Shown piece after piece: positions 20,401 through 30,586 of a stretch of 64,000 bases of DNA (position 1 is the stretch's first letter; every line of letters begins with the position of its first letter). The stretch lies in IMG/VR virus record IMGVR_UViG_3300027759_000001; one strand, written 5' to 3'. The translations under genes were made by a program, and so were the position numbers. Under the pieces are notes generated by a model, which worked only from the letters and a program-made list of their open reading frames with translations, was not told the DNA's origin and did no database searches. The DNA is from a virus (Duplodnaviria; Caudoviricetes).

Positions 20401-22904
20401 CAATATTCGTTACTTATGCGAACCCTTCAAGTATTACTAGTACGGCACCTATTACAAAACCTTTTATAATTACCCAACCTGCAATTTCAAACATTCCGTC
20501 ATCAATTCCTGGTGATGAAGTTGGGAATCTTCAATACCCTACCGATGTGGAGTATTATCAGATGATAACAGGTATGACCGTTTCTGAATTTCTGACAATG
20601 TGTGGTACTAACTCAGGTACTTTTCCTACTAGTTTTTTAAAACATATAATTCATTTTGACTATTGTTGTAATGGTAATTATAAAGATTATACTGCTGGAG
20701 AGTGTTTAACTCAAATGACTAACTATACAGATTTTGAAATTATTATACTTAATAGAGGGGTTGACGTACATACCGCAACACAAAAAATAAAATACGATTT
20801 ATCAAGAATATTTGGTAAATCTTATGGTAATGTTATAACACCTGAGGGAGATTATTTTTTAAATGTTCCTATACGACCATCAGGATTAAAACCATCAAGT
20901 CATAACACCACAACAAACTCAGCGACCAATCTTTATTCCCCATCATATAACTTTGATATAGGACCTGCGAATGGAGCAAATCCTAACTATACTGCGTTTA
21001 CTTCAAACTATCCTTATTATTATTTATCTACGGATGATCTTAGTGTTGCCGATTACCAACCAGTTAGTGGATGGAAATTTATTGGAGATTCTTTTTTAAC
21101 TAATACTCCAAGAACGATATTACAATCAAGTTTCTATACGATACCAAGTTATACACCAAACTACATTGGAGGTGGTACATTTTTAGGGAAACAAAGTAAC
21201 GCTGGTTACCCTAGTTGTAATAATAATAGTGTAAATGCAGAAACTCCTGATAATGGAAAACCAGCTAAGGGTGAACTAGGTGATGTACCATCAAACCAAT
21301 TATCTGCGTTATATTCACCGGCATATTATAGATATACATTACCTGGTGTTAATTTTAACGATAAGACTAAAATGGTTATGAGAAGTGACCGACTACCGAC
21401 ATCCACAAAAACTGAAGATGGTGCAGGATCAAGAACAGGTTTCGCGGCACACCAAAATAATAATTTTACATTTTATACTGCCGATGGTAGTGAAGGTCAA
21501 GCAGGTACAGGTCTTTCAGTTGAGATAACGGGAGAACAATATGATAGTCCTACACAAACTTTTGATTGTGAAACTATGGTGTCATTACAATGTTATCAGG
21601 GATCTGGTAATAATGTGTCTATTATACCTCCAAATCAATGTATTGTTCCGGAAGGTAGAGTTAAAGGTGGTTGTTATTGTCTATTAAATAAAAAATATTT
21701 AACTGAATATAGTGAAGATGTTGCATTATTTTTAGAATGGAAAACAAGATTTACAATTACCTTTGCCGCTTGTCGTGGTATATTTGCGCAAGTATTCCAA
21801 AACAATTGGATAAATGGAACATTATATATGTTCTCATTTAATAAAACCACAACATATGCGGCCTTGTCTACTATACCAACATATAATTTTTGTGATGATG
21901 TTATTGTTTTTAATGAATTAACTAATGGTTTCTATTATAGATGTTCACCATGGAAACAAAGTACACAACAATTTATTGGTAAAGATAAACCTTTGGTTAA
22001 TCCAAACTGGCCATCATCAATAGTTACTGGATATCCTGGATTAGGTTATAATGAAAAACAAATCCAATTTCCAACAACAATTGCAGATTTAGGGCCTAGA
22101 GATGAGTTTATTACTGAGATATGTAATAGTTCAAATTTTAATAGTTACATAGTTGATCAAGTTAAATCTACTTCTTATCAAGATACATCAGATATAATCC
22201 AAATTGGATTTTTATCTAGATTATTAAATGATACATTTAGACAGTCAATCTTACCTATAACGGTAGGTGGGGGTACTACCGAAGGTAAGGGTATTATTCA
22301 ATTCTTTAATAGTAATAGAAAGGCGGATAGAATAGATGGTGATTTTGCTCAAGCTCTATCAATAAACTCTGAATGGAAAATTAACCCATTTATTTTTGAA
22401 AATTACCCTAATCCAAACTCTATATATTTTGGTGATGATAACTCATCACCACCAAGACCTGTATTTGGAATATTCTTTGAAACCCCAACTGATGAATATA
22501 AATATAGAAGAAGGTTTACTCCTGGTGTTGAAACATATAGTCAATCACCATTAATACAAGATTACTATGGTTTTCCAAAGACACAAGATGTTCCTCATTA
22601 TCAATGGAAGATAGAAACATCACCAAATATATTTGGGTCTGAAAATAATAATTGGTATACGTATTCACCTTTCTTTCATAAAGGGTATCAAAACTTAGAT
22701 TTTAATATTGACCCATATTTTCAATCATCAACCACAAAATTAGGTATGATTACCAATTTTGATGTTAATGGTAATCCATTACCAACACCACAAGTTGTAA
22801 ATAAAGTTTTAGTTGGGGCTCCATTCCATTTTTATTTTGGTTTAAATAATGGTAAAACCGCTATTAATAAATTTATTAAATTATATGTAACAGACGAAGG
22901 ATAA
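17460..22904 (+). CDS. Large baseplate/tail-associated protein with carboxypeptidase-regulatory-like Ig domain and internal hydrophobic segment
   Basis: GVVVGRV...LPNAKVSI...VKTNDSGDYMIFGVPIG; about 100-aa hydrophobic stretch; Cys clusters; position in the baseplate operon. Confidence 0.55.
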   Translation: MPKSYRIRTQVGVDKYINVKLDQDFDFLEILSLKINQSDLYTKVCSDYGVVVGRVLVNGGFGLPNAKVSIFIPLSSEDELNPTISELYPYKTLSDNNELGYRYNLLPHDPSYSIHAATGTFPNREEVLTDQTYIEVYDKYYKYTVKTNDSGDYMIFGVPIGTQTVFMDVDLSDIGCFSLTPQDLINAGQATQTQVNGSTFKSSTNLSELPQIKTVNRNVDISPLWGQEDICQIGITRVDFDLTAEANVTINPTAIFLGSIISTTNEDSLKTTCKPKNNTGNLCELIAGPGQILAIRQTIYPDKNNFPLLEQYKFEQDGKIIDGDGSFLANVPMNLDYIITNEFGEQVISNDPTKGIPTKGRYRFKFKWSNEGGLQNDFQRANFLVPNIKEHGWTNTTDPLDPTSKTPFLIIMPSTFPVNPPQYTGSTTVALDGGLTFDNSVNTKIFTIYIDNGSGPEPYYGDISVIPVNAGDIVLVVSEPLDNTQQQEVNFTFYPKGYFDLLRSYTFSLDWDDYVDPVSAINCEDTFYEMNYNKVYTTAMFLDRYKNGVGRGRHLGIKEIDNRACKSTVNTFPSNDIIKNFDAIFFVFNVFMSILAYPLIVLLFVAHFIAWMWPVLKWLLIILGIYFLYDAISEMIDWINSLIELFAFSPLGGPVINLGLILRIAAKAISFLFRIAFAIAFIAFTIKYLTRIKNFPRIGLPMMSYPECSSCDCDCGPATLDDDIDQNSVNDAIASEQSTNNQQELGQAKGFLAPVNMPSAYEVQHPNAQNNPIEDAMERNDGPFWGGDCLDSATSGCLNCGIPSLSTAAMKQDITPQVAGRGIADYNRIFSGYDILSSTGTVNVDMVFGNEFALYHAPQPFLFAAWDNSGKDPRNWAFPKSATFPQRLNEFNTRDKYFDSYGGANRIKSFVNPSLNGNTFFEDQVIVLLANPGTKDQMQVGKPISFNDPTKSNGNVNITGATLNELGNNSITGTTTTGQTPIFVTYANPSSITSTAPITKPFIITQPAISNIPSSIPGDEVGNLQYPTDVEYYQMITGMTVSEFLTMCGTNSGTFPTSFLKHIIHFDYCCNGNYKDYTAGECLTQMTNYTDFEIIILNRGVDVHTATQKIKYDLSRIFGKSYGNVITPEGDYFLNVPIRPSGLKPSSHNTTTNSATNLYSPSYNFDIGPANGANPNYTAFTSNYPYYYLSTDDLSVADYQPVSGWKFIGDSFLTNTPRTILQSSFYTIPSYTPNYIGGGTFLGKQSNAGYPSCNNNSVNAETPDNGKPAKGELGDVPSNQLSALYSPAYYRYTLPGVNFNDKTKMVMRSDRLPTSTKTEDGAGSRTGFAAHQNNNFTFYTADGSEGQAGTGLSVEITGEQYDSPTQTFDCETMVSLQCYQGSGNNVSIIPPNQCIVPEGRVKGGCYCLLNKKYLTEYSEDVALFLEWKTRFTITFAACRGIFAQVFQNNWINGTLYMFSFNKTTTYAALSTIPTYNFCDDVIVFNELTNGFYYRCSPWKQSTQQFIGKDKPLVNPNWPSSIVTGYPGLGYNEKQIQFPTTIADLGPRDEFITEICNSSNFNSYIVDQVKSTSYQDTSDIIQIGFLSRLLNDTFRQSILPITVGGGTTEGKGIIQFFNSNRKADRIDGDFAQALSINSEWKINPFIFENYPNPNSIYFGDDNSSPPRPVFGIFFETPTDEYKYRRRFTPGVETYSQSPLIQDYYGFPKTQDVPHYQWKIETSPNIFGSENNNWYTYSPFFHKGYQNLDFNIDPYFQSSTTKLGMITNFDVNGNPLPTPQVVNKVLVGAPFHFYFGLNNGKTAINKFIKLYVTDEG

Positions 22905-22905
22905 A

Positions 22906-24639
22906 ATGATAGACAACTCAACAAATATTGTATTAGGTAGTTTAAGATATAAAGGATCAAGTGATACCAATCTTTTTATTGATCTTCCATTGGAGCAAAC
23001 TGAAAAAGAAATTGTTGAATTTGATAGAAACGTTGATTTAAGTTTACAACAGGTTTTTGATGATGAAAGACAATCATCAACAATTTTTAGACCTGTTACC
23101 AAATACTCATTTATATTTAAAAATGAATACACTGGGTCAACAACTTATGTACCATTTAGAAATAATTTGTATTATACAAATGCAATTAATAACGCAATAT
23201 CTTACGCCACAAATCCTAATACCCCTTGGGAAGGTTACCCCCAATATTCTGAATTTGATTTTATTAGAGTTGATAATAATGTGGTAGGATATACTCAACC
23301 ACCAAATAACCACGTAACATTTATAAATAAAAGTGCCTCAACTTATAATTGGACTCATTATATGAGTTATGCGTATGGTAATGATTATACAAAACAATTA
23401 TCTGCGATTGATAGTGAAACTACCGCATCTTGGTTTTGGATGGCGTCAGATGGTATACCATTTGTGATAATATCAGGTAGTGATGACAATGGTAATTATA
23501 TTATGTTTAAATGTCCTATGAAACATGGGTTACTAACGGGAGAATTTGTTGAATTACCATTTAATTATAATGGTGAAACTATTTTCCAAGTTAATGGACT
23601 TGGTGATGATGGGTTTGGTAGTGAAGAATATATTTTTAAAATTTATAATGTTGGTTTTACTGGTACAACGTTCCAAAATGGGGTCTCAAGTACATTTAAA
23701 CGTATAATTAATAAAAGTAATAGTGGGGAAACAATGTCAGAATATTATGTTAGGAAACATAAAATTTTAACTAACTCAGAATGTGCTTTATTAATAAAGG
23801 CGGGATTTGAACAAAATATATTTGAATCAAAATCAAAATTTGAAAAAGATGTTATAACACCAAATAATACAAATAGGACTTCAGTTAAAGAAGGTAATCA
23901 ATCATATACTTTATCGTTTAATTGTGATATTGATATTAATCCATTACGTGATAATCAAAATAGACCCATATCTGAATTGTATTTTACTACAATATGGAAA
24001 GGTTATTTTGGATGGACTAAAGGTATGAAACAAGGGTGGGAATTTAATCAACCATTAGATAATGGTTTACCAAATTCTTGGTGGGATCAAAGTAATTTTC
24101 TTTCAAATACAAACATAACAGAAGGTCAATATAATTCAAATACATTACCACCTGTTGGCCCGTTTTACTATAATGAAGATTTAGTGACTGGAGACACTAT
24201 TGATGGGGATTTTTGTGAATGGAATGATTACGAACAAACGGAGAGAGTAATTTCAAAGTATAATAATAAGATAATTTTTAATGATTTAAAATTTAATGTT
24301 GAAACTGATGCTCAACCATCTAATGAATTTGGGTATTATTATTACCCCCATAGTCCAATTGTTATAAGAGAATATTCTGAATATATTGAAGAAGCCGACT
24401 CTAATTTAATATTAGATATTCCTGACTATGCATTTTATTCTAATTTATCAAATAGTTTCAGATGGAGAGATCTATATACTTATGGTTATATAGATACTAA
24501 TGGTGTTGGTGTTAACTATCCATTTATGAATGGTAAACATTACCCATATGTTAATACTATTTTTAGATTAACACCAGAAGGAATAGGAGTACAAAACATA
24601 AACGTTATTGCAGAACCTATAGTTGATGAGTGTGAATAA
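22906..24639 (+). CDS. Putative baseplate/tail structural protein (577 aa)
   Basis: Operonic, N/Y/T-rich beta-type composition. Confidence 0.55.
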   Translation: MIDNSTNIVLGSLRYKGSSDTNLFIDLPLEQTEKEIVEFDRNVDLSLQQVFDDERQSSTIFRPVTKYSFIFKNEYTGSTTYVPFRNNLYYTNAINNAISYATNPNTPWEGYPQYSEFDFIRVDNNVVGYTQPPNNHVTFINKSASTYNWTHYMSYAYGNDYTKQLSAIDSETTASWFWMASDGIPFVIISGSDDNGNYIMFKCPMKHGLLTGEFVELPFNYNGETIFQVNGLGDDGFGSEEYIFKIYNVGFTGTTFQNGVSSTFKRIINKSNSGETMSEYYVRKHKILTNSECALLIKAGFEQNIFESKSKFEKDVITPNNTNRTSVKEGNQSYTLSFNCDIDINPLRDNQNRPISELYFTTIWKGYFGWTKGMKQGWEFNQPLDNGLPNSWWDQSNFLSNTNITEGQYNSNTLPPVGPFYYNEDLVTGDTIDGDFCEWNDYEQTERVISKYNNKIIFNDLKFNVETDAQPSNEFGYYYYPHSPIVIREYSEYIEEADSNLILDIPDYAFYSNLSNSFRWRDLYTYGYIDTNGVGVNYPFMNGKHYPYVNTIFRLTPEGIGVQNINVIAEPIVDECE

Positions 24640-25435
24640 AATTAAAATAATAAGACCAACCACAGATAATTATGTGGATATTCCCATTGAAATGAAATGG
24701 GATTTTGCTGGTCATGACGATAGTATTTCGGAATACCAAAAAGATATCGTTAAGGAAATTATTGGATCACCAAATGACTTTGAGGTTAGTCGTTTTTCAC
24801 ATAATTCCAATAGGAATGAAGAAACGGATATTAATTATGAATTTTATTTTTATGATAATGTATCACCAATAACCGCAAATACAATTAATCAAACAAATTG
24901 GGGTATATCTTATATAAATGAAGGTTTTACAAACGATGAGGTATACTACTATACTAAACCTTTTACTAAATCATTCTTTAAGTTGGATTTTTATGATACT
25001 ACTGATGAAAAAACCCAACAAATTTATTTCACAATAATATTACCTGTACAACAAGGTGAATTTATGAGTGTGAATTTAAATGTGTTATTTCCAAATGTAG
25101 ATATTAGAAAACCTAAATTCAAATTGGATTATATTGGAGATAAAGAAGGGTTTTTCATTTATTGGTTAAGGGAAAGAAATTTCTATGATATAAATCAATT
25201 TTATATGTCCTCTAAATTTTTTGATGCAAAATTAGGTGTGTATGTTGTAATGACTAATACACCACAACCATTAATAACCCCAAATAAGTTTAATTTTTTA
25301 CCCCAAGACTATTTTTATTACAAAGTAAACTTAGATTATAATAACAAGACATATGAAGTGTCATCTACCTCAACAACATTAAGAGTTGGTGAGGCATTGA
25401 CACCAATAAAATGGTATGAATACGTAAACCCATAA
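24623..25435 (+). CDS. Putative structural protein (270 aa)
   Basis: Overlap-coupled within the structural operon. Confidence 0.55.
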   Translation: MMSVNKIKIIRPTTDNYVDIPIEMKWDFAGHDDSISEYQKDIVKEIIGSPNDFEVSRFSHNSNRNEETDINYEFYFYDNVSPITANTINQTNWGISYINEGFTNDEVYYYTKPFTKSFFKLDFYDTTDEKTQQIYFTIILPVQQGEFMSVNLNVLFPNVDIRKPKFKLDYIGDKEGFFIYWLRERNFYDINQFYMSSKFFDAKLGVYVVMTNTPQPLITPNKFNFLPQDYFYYKVNLDYNNKTYEVSSTSTTLRVGEALTPIKWYEYVNP

Positions 25436-26613
25436 TGGAAGAACAAAAATATTACTTTAAAATATCTCCCGAAAACATTTACGGAGATCTTAGATTGGTT
25501 CAGTACACAGGTGATACCGATATGTATGACATGACTGATCCTTGTTGTCCTATATTAACGGGGGAAACAAGTGTAACTGGTCTTGATAATATTGGAGTTT
25601 ATACCGGTATGACTTATGTGTTGTCGGGTGGTACAAACGGTGATTCACTTTTAACGGGATTAACTATATCATTATTATTTACTGAAACCGCAGTTGATAT
25701 GGGGTATTATTCGGTTTTTGATGGTGCGGTTTTACAAAAAGATGTAATTAATAACTTTTTATTTTCGGGAACCACGGGTAGTCCTTATACGTATTCTTTT
25801 TATAATACTTCGGACACCGAATTTATAAAATTCTTATCGTTAGTGACATATGTTGTTGATTGGGGTGACGGATCACCAAAAGTAACACTCACAAATACTT
25901 CACCAATTTCACATAATTACCCAACCTCAAATAGTGAGTATCATATAACTATGACCGCAACATCACCATGGGGTATTTCAAAAATAACTAAAACAATTAC
26001 TACACCATTTGATGATGTTATAATATCAAACCCTAATGGTACTGCAACATTTACACCGGCTGGCGGTAATTGGACAGGAACATCATTCAATTATGATTAC
26101 ATTTTTAGTGGGGATTCAAATACAGATATAAATGATTTCTTCAGTTACAATTATACAACCATACCATTCTTAATAACGGGATATACGGAATCAACAATAA
26201 ATGATTTAGCACAATATGGACCAAAGGGTAATCTTTATGGTGGTAAATTTAAGGTAGGGGTTCAGGTAACGGGAACTACAGGTAGTGTTGGTACTGTATG
26301 GGGTCCTGATCCAAATGGATTATATACCGCATATACAATAAATCAAATTGATTATTTTGATTACGAAGATTTTACACTTTTTATGGTGTATTCATCGGGA
26401 TTTACTCAAAATGATTTAATAATGACTGGTTTAACTAAAAACGAAGCATTAATAAATGTTATTGATCAACCTGAGGTTCAAACTAATGTTTTTATTGAAA
26501 GAGGTAAAAACTCTGCCTTAGAATATATTGAAAGGATGGGTGAGGTTGATAATGTTGGGGACTTAGAAAAATATGGGTATGGATTTTTTAATGTCAAAAA
26601 AGACCTTAGTTAA
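25435..26613 (+). CDS. Putative structural protein with PKD-like domain
   Basis: YVVDWGDGSP...SHNYP...YHITMTATS is a PKD signature. Confidence 0.6.
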   Translation: MEEQKYYFKISPENIYGDLRLVQYTGDTDMYDMTDPCCPILTGETSVTGLDNIGVYTGMTYVLSGGTNGDSLLTGLTISLLFTETAVDMGYYSVFDGAVLQKDVINNFLFSGTTGSPYTYSFYNTSDTEFIKFLSLVTYVVDWGDGSPKVTLTNTSPISHNYPTSNSEYHITMTATSPWGISKITKTITTPFDDVIISNPNGTATFTPAGGNWTGTSFNYDYIFSGDSNTDINDFFSYNYTTIPFLITGYTESTINDLAQYGPKGNLYGGKFKVGVQVTGTTGSVGTVWGPDPNGLYTAYTINQIDYFDYEDFTLFMVYSSGFTQNDLIMTGLTKNEALINVIDQPEVQTNVFIERGKNSALEYIERMGEVDNVGDLEKYGYGFFNVKKDLS

Positions 26614-26614
26614 G

Positions 26615-26622
26615 TATTTATT
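26615..26622 (+). promoter_or_regulatory. Putative late promoter TATTTATT
   Basis: Motif in the intergenic gap before GTG 26661. Confidence 0.5.
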
Positions 26623-26660
26623 AGGTAAGGAAAAATAAACTAAATATAAATTAAATTCTT

Positions 26661-27566
26661 GTGGCTACAGGTAATTACGGAACAATAAGAAGTGCGGACG
26701 TTAGTCCTGATGACGTAGAGATCATCTTGAATTATACTCCATCAAGGGATGAAACAGATAACTTTGTTTTAACTAAATTAGATGCAAAATCTATTTTAAG
26801 ACCATATTTTCACAATGCAACAACTGGTGGTAATTCAGGTGTTGAAATTTTAGGTGGTTTATATAACTTAAAATTACCAGCCGATCAATTTAATAAATTG
26901 GGTATATATACATTGTATATTAGACCGGCAGAAATTAGAACTAAAATAACAGATTGTGGTGTTCTATCTTCATTACCTAATGTTAAAGGTATTGTGGTTG
27001 ACTTAAATAATGTTCCATCACAATATAGAAATAAATTTGTTAATCAAGGTTTAATTGGTTTTAGGGTTGAATACTTAAATTCTGACGGAACTAAAATTCC
27101 TAATTTCTTTAGAATTATAACCTCATCATTTTATTGTGAACCTGTTGTGCAAAATTTAACAAATACATCACAAAAGGCTATTAGATATAGATATGTGGAA
27201 AGTACATCAAACTTACTTTTCTGCACACTTTCACCATCATCTTCTCCAACTAATAAACCAAGTGCAACACCATTTATTGGTCAACCTGATCAGAATATTA
27301 TTATAACTAATACATTTTTTAATCCTATAACTACAGAAGTTGAAATCGTAGAACACGATATATCAACATTGGCAATTGCCCTTTATGGTAATCAAACCAA
27401 ATCTATTGATGATGGTATTTACACAATCTACGATAGTGCTAATAACATTTACAAACAATACAACTTATTTGAAGTACGTGATCAATTTAATGAATTATTA
27501 TATGAGGTTAGACAAGATAGAAATAACAATATTGATTTTAGTAAAAGTTTTAACAACATAGTATAA
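26661..27566 (+). CDS. Putative structural protein (301 aa, GTG start)
   Basis: Clean ORF in the structural module. Confidence 0.6.
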   Translation: MATGNYGTIRSADVSPDDVEIILNYTPSRDETDNFVLTKLDAKSILRPYFHNATTGGNSGVEILGGLYNLKLPADQFNKLGIYTLYIRPAEIRTKITDCGVLSSLPNVKGIVVDLNNVPSQYRNKFVNQGLIGFRVEYLNSDGTKIPNFFRIITSSFYCEPVVQNLTNTSQKAIRYRYVESTSNLLFCTLSPSSSPTNKPSATPFIGQPDQNIIITNTFFNPITTEVEIVEHDISTLAIALYGNQTKSIDDGIYTIYDSANNIYKQYNLFEVRDQFNELLYEVRQDRNNNIDFSKSFNNIV

Positions 27567-27568
27567 AA

Positions 27569-30500
27569 ATGGCGGTAAAAAAATATACTTGTCCACCACA
27601 GTCCCCAAGCGGTCAAGGGACATTTTCTGACAACTTAGTTGGTTTACAACTTGTTGATGGTGGTGGTTTTACGCAAGCGAATTTTGAATTTACCACATCA
27701 ATTACCGAAAAACAAAATAGAAACTTTTCAATAGGGGCATTTTCAGAACCTATATCTTTAGATACGTTAAATATTGAAAGTGTTACCGAATCAAGAGTAA
27801 TACAAGCGAATAACTTTAAAGTTTATCCTAATTTTGATTTATCTCAAGTTACTAACTTTACATTATATGGTTCTTTAGTTAAAAGAATATCTACTTCTAT
27901 TTTACATATTATTAATTTCTTTCCTGGAGCATTAGAAATTACATCAGTTTTACCAAATTATACTACAAGTGAAACTGCTACAAACATTCTATATGATGCG
28001 GTTGAGGATGAAACAACATTTGATGTCTATATAAGTTCTTTAAGAAACCCATTTGATATTGATTATAGTTCAAATGCCAATAGAAATTTTGAACTACTTG
28101 AAATTGAAGTTTCATCTTTAAGGAATTTTACGGTAAATTACCCAAAATATTCATTGTTTATAAATGGTAGTGAATATCCTTTTATATTCTTTAGTCCTTC
28201 TAATAATACATCCACTACATTAAGTTTTGTTGTTAAAGGTAACCCATTCTCAGGTAATTCCATATCTTATGATTCGTTAGTTATTAGACCTAATGATATA
28301 TACGTCAATAAAACATTCAATGAAGCGATGGATGAGGTTGAACAATTTTTGTTAAACAGGTCTATTACTCCGATATATACATCAACATTTACAGTTCCAA
28401 AAGAAAATGAAGATGGAACAATTTATTTAACAACCCAAGCAATCACATTTCCTAAAAATGGTCAATGGAATTTAGATATATCATCATTAGCGTTTGATAA
28501 CTATCTTACTACTTTAAATGAATTTGCCGCTAATTTAGATTTATATCGTACTAATTTAATATCCCGTTTTTTAACAACAGGTGCTATTAAAGAATTTGAT
28601 ACTCCTGATCAAAAAATAGAGAAGGTATTACAGATATATGGTAGAAGTTTTGATGAAACTAAAAAGTTCATTTCGGCATTATCAAACATGAATAATGTTA
28701 ATTACAATATTAAAAATGATATACCATCTCAGTTGTTAAAGAATTTAGCTATGACATTAGGTTGGGATCCAAATATATCACCAATTACAAATGATCAATT
28801 ATTGGATTCTGTATTTAGCCCTGGAAGTAATAATTTTAGTGGTTTGTCGGTTGGTATGACACCTGAGGAACTTAACTACCAATATTATAGAAACTTAATT
28901 TTAAATTCGGCATACCTTTTTAAATCTAAAGGTACAAGAAAATCTATTGAAATATTATTAAGATTAATTGGAGCTCCAGAAGCTTTAATTGAATTTAATG
29001 AATATATCTACATTGCGGATCAAAAAATAAATATTGAGGAGTTTAATGGTCAATACGCTCAATTATCAGGGGGAACATATACTCAACAATTACCTGTTTT
29101 AGATACAACGGATATATACTCAATCCATGGACAACAATTTACAGGATTTACAACAACAAGTATTATAAGTGATGTAAATGTTTACCCTGAAGATTATCCA
29201 ATAGATGATTTTGGTTACCCAATGATGCCAACAACAAGTGATTCTTACTACTTCCAAATTGGAGGTGGTTGGTTTGAATCCACACCACAACATAGGATGC
29301 CGGAACAAGTAGATACTACGAATAGTGTATTTACAGGTGCTAACCCTAATTACCAAACAACATTATTACCATTTAACTATGGTGAAGAATATCTACAAAG
29401 ATATAGAACTTTTCCTTATATGAATTTGGGTTATAAATTACGTAGAATAGTTGATAATAAGAAAAGTTGGACAGATACTCAAACTGGTTTAAGAACTAAT
29501 TTTGATGGTAACTTCAACGCATATTATCCTGTTAATAGTGATAAATTAGTTATAAATGTTAAGAATGTTGACATATTTATGAATCCGGCTCAAGGTTTGG
29601 TTTATGATGTGTGGACTATGTCAAGGCAATATAACTACCCAATACCTAATCAAGGGTTAAACTATGTTGAACCAACACGTTGTAATCCAACACCAAATAC
29701 TCCATACCCACAAAGGGGTGGAATTGATTGGACGGTAATCAACCCAAAACCAAAAGAAAAAACATTTTTTGAATTTGCACAAACTTTTTGGCATAATACA
29801 ATTAATGTTAGAAATAGACAATTTATTACCGATGGTAAGACAGGTGGGTACCCAACCCTTCAATCTATCTATTGGAAATACTTAGAATCAGGTCAGGCAA
29901 TTAATGTCCCTAACGATAATTTTACATATCAAACAATGATTGATTATGTTAATGGTTTGGGTACTTATTGGATAAAATTAATTGAACAAATGGTTCCCGC
30001 AACCACAATATGGAATACAGGTACCAAATTAGAAAACTCAATTTTCCATAGACAAAAGTTTGTGTGGAGAAGACAAATGGGTTGTCAACTTGTACCAGTA
30101 CCGTGTGATCCTTGTTATGCAATTGGTCAGTTATTACCTTATGATTGTCCAATACAATCTGTTGAGTGTCCTATTTATCCTTGGGGGTCTAATCCTAACG
30201 TTAATTCATTTGGGGTTGTTTTAGGTGATGTTTTGACTACATATTTAAATGATAATGGTTATGATTTAAATAATGATTGTTTGGTTAACACATTAACATC
30301 TGAATGGTATGTTGATGTTAGATTAAATGGAAATCAAATTATAGATTATAAATTCTTTGATGGGTATGGTTATTCTGTTAGTGGAACAAGTTTCCCAACC
30401 CAAGTGAATTGGTTAAACGCCCTTTATGACTCATTACCACAAATGATTAATGAAGGTTTAACATTTAGTATTAATGAAACGACAAATGTTGTGACAATTA

Positions 30501-30586
30501 TTAATAATAATTGTATTTCACTTAATAACCAAAATAATTTTGAATTAAATGTGGGAATAAATTTTGATATAATATGTAATCAATAA
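27569..30586 (+). CDS. Baseplate wedge protein with P2 gpI/T4 gp7-like segment
   Basis: LLKNLAMTLGW...YYRNLILNSAYLFKSKGTRKSIEILLRLIG. Confidence 0.6.
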   Translation: MAVKKYTCPPQSPSGQGTFSDNLVGLQLVDGGGFTQANFEFTTSITEKQNRNFSIGAFSEPISLDTLNIESVTESRVIQANNFKVYPNFDLSQVTNFTLYGSLVKRISTSILHIINFFPGALEITSVLPNYTTSETATNILYDAVEDETTFDVYISSLRNPFDIDYSSNANRNFELLEIEVSSLRNFTVNYPKYSLFINGSEYPFIFFSPSNNTSTTLSFVVKGNPFSGNSISYDSLVIRPNDIYVNKTFNEAMDEVEQFLLNRSITPIYTSTFTVPKENEDGTIYLTTQAITFPKNGQWNLDISSLAFDNYLTTLNEFAANLDLYRTNLISRFLTTGAIKEFDTPDQKIEKVLQIYGRSFDETKKFISALSNMNNVNYNIKNDIPSQLLKNLAMTLGWDPNISPITNDQLLDSVFSPGSNNFSGLSVGMTPEELNYQYYRNLILNSAYLFKSKGTRKSIEILLRLIGAPEALIEFNEYIYIADQKINIEEFNGQYAQLSGGTYTQQLPVLDTTDIYSIHGQQFTGFTTTSIISDVNVYPEDYPIDDFGYPMMPTTSDSYYFQIGGGWFESTPQHRMPEQVDTTNSVFTGANPNYQTTLLPFNYGEEYLQRYRTFPYMNLGYKLRRIVDNKKSWTDTQTGLRTNFDGNFNAYYPVNSDKLVINVKNVDIFMNPAQGLVYDVWTMSRQYNYPIPNQGLNYVEPTRCNPTPNTPYPQRGGIDWTVINPKPKEKTFFEFAQTFWHNTINVRNRQFITDGKTGGYPTLQSIYWKYLESGQAINVPNDNFTYQTMIDYVNGLGTYWIKLIEQMVPATTIWNTGTKLENSIFHRQKFVWRRQMGCQLVPVPCDPCYAIGQLLPYDCPIQSVECPIYPWGSNPNVNSFGVVLGDVLTTYLNDNGYDLNNDCLVNTLTSEWYVDVRLNGNQIIDYKFFDGYGYSVSGTSFPTQVNWLNALYDSLPQMINEGLTFSINETTNVVTIINNNCISLNNQNNFELNVGINFDIICNQ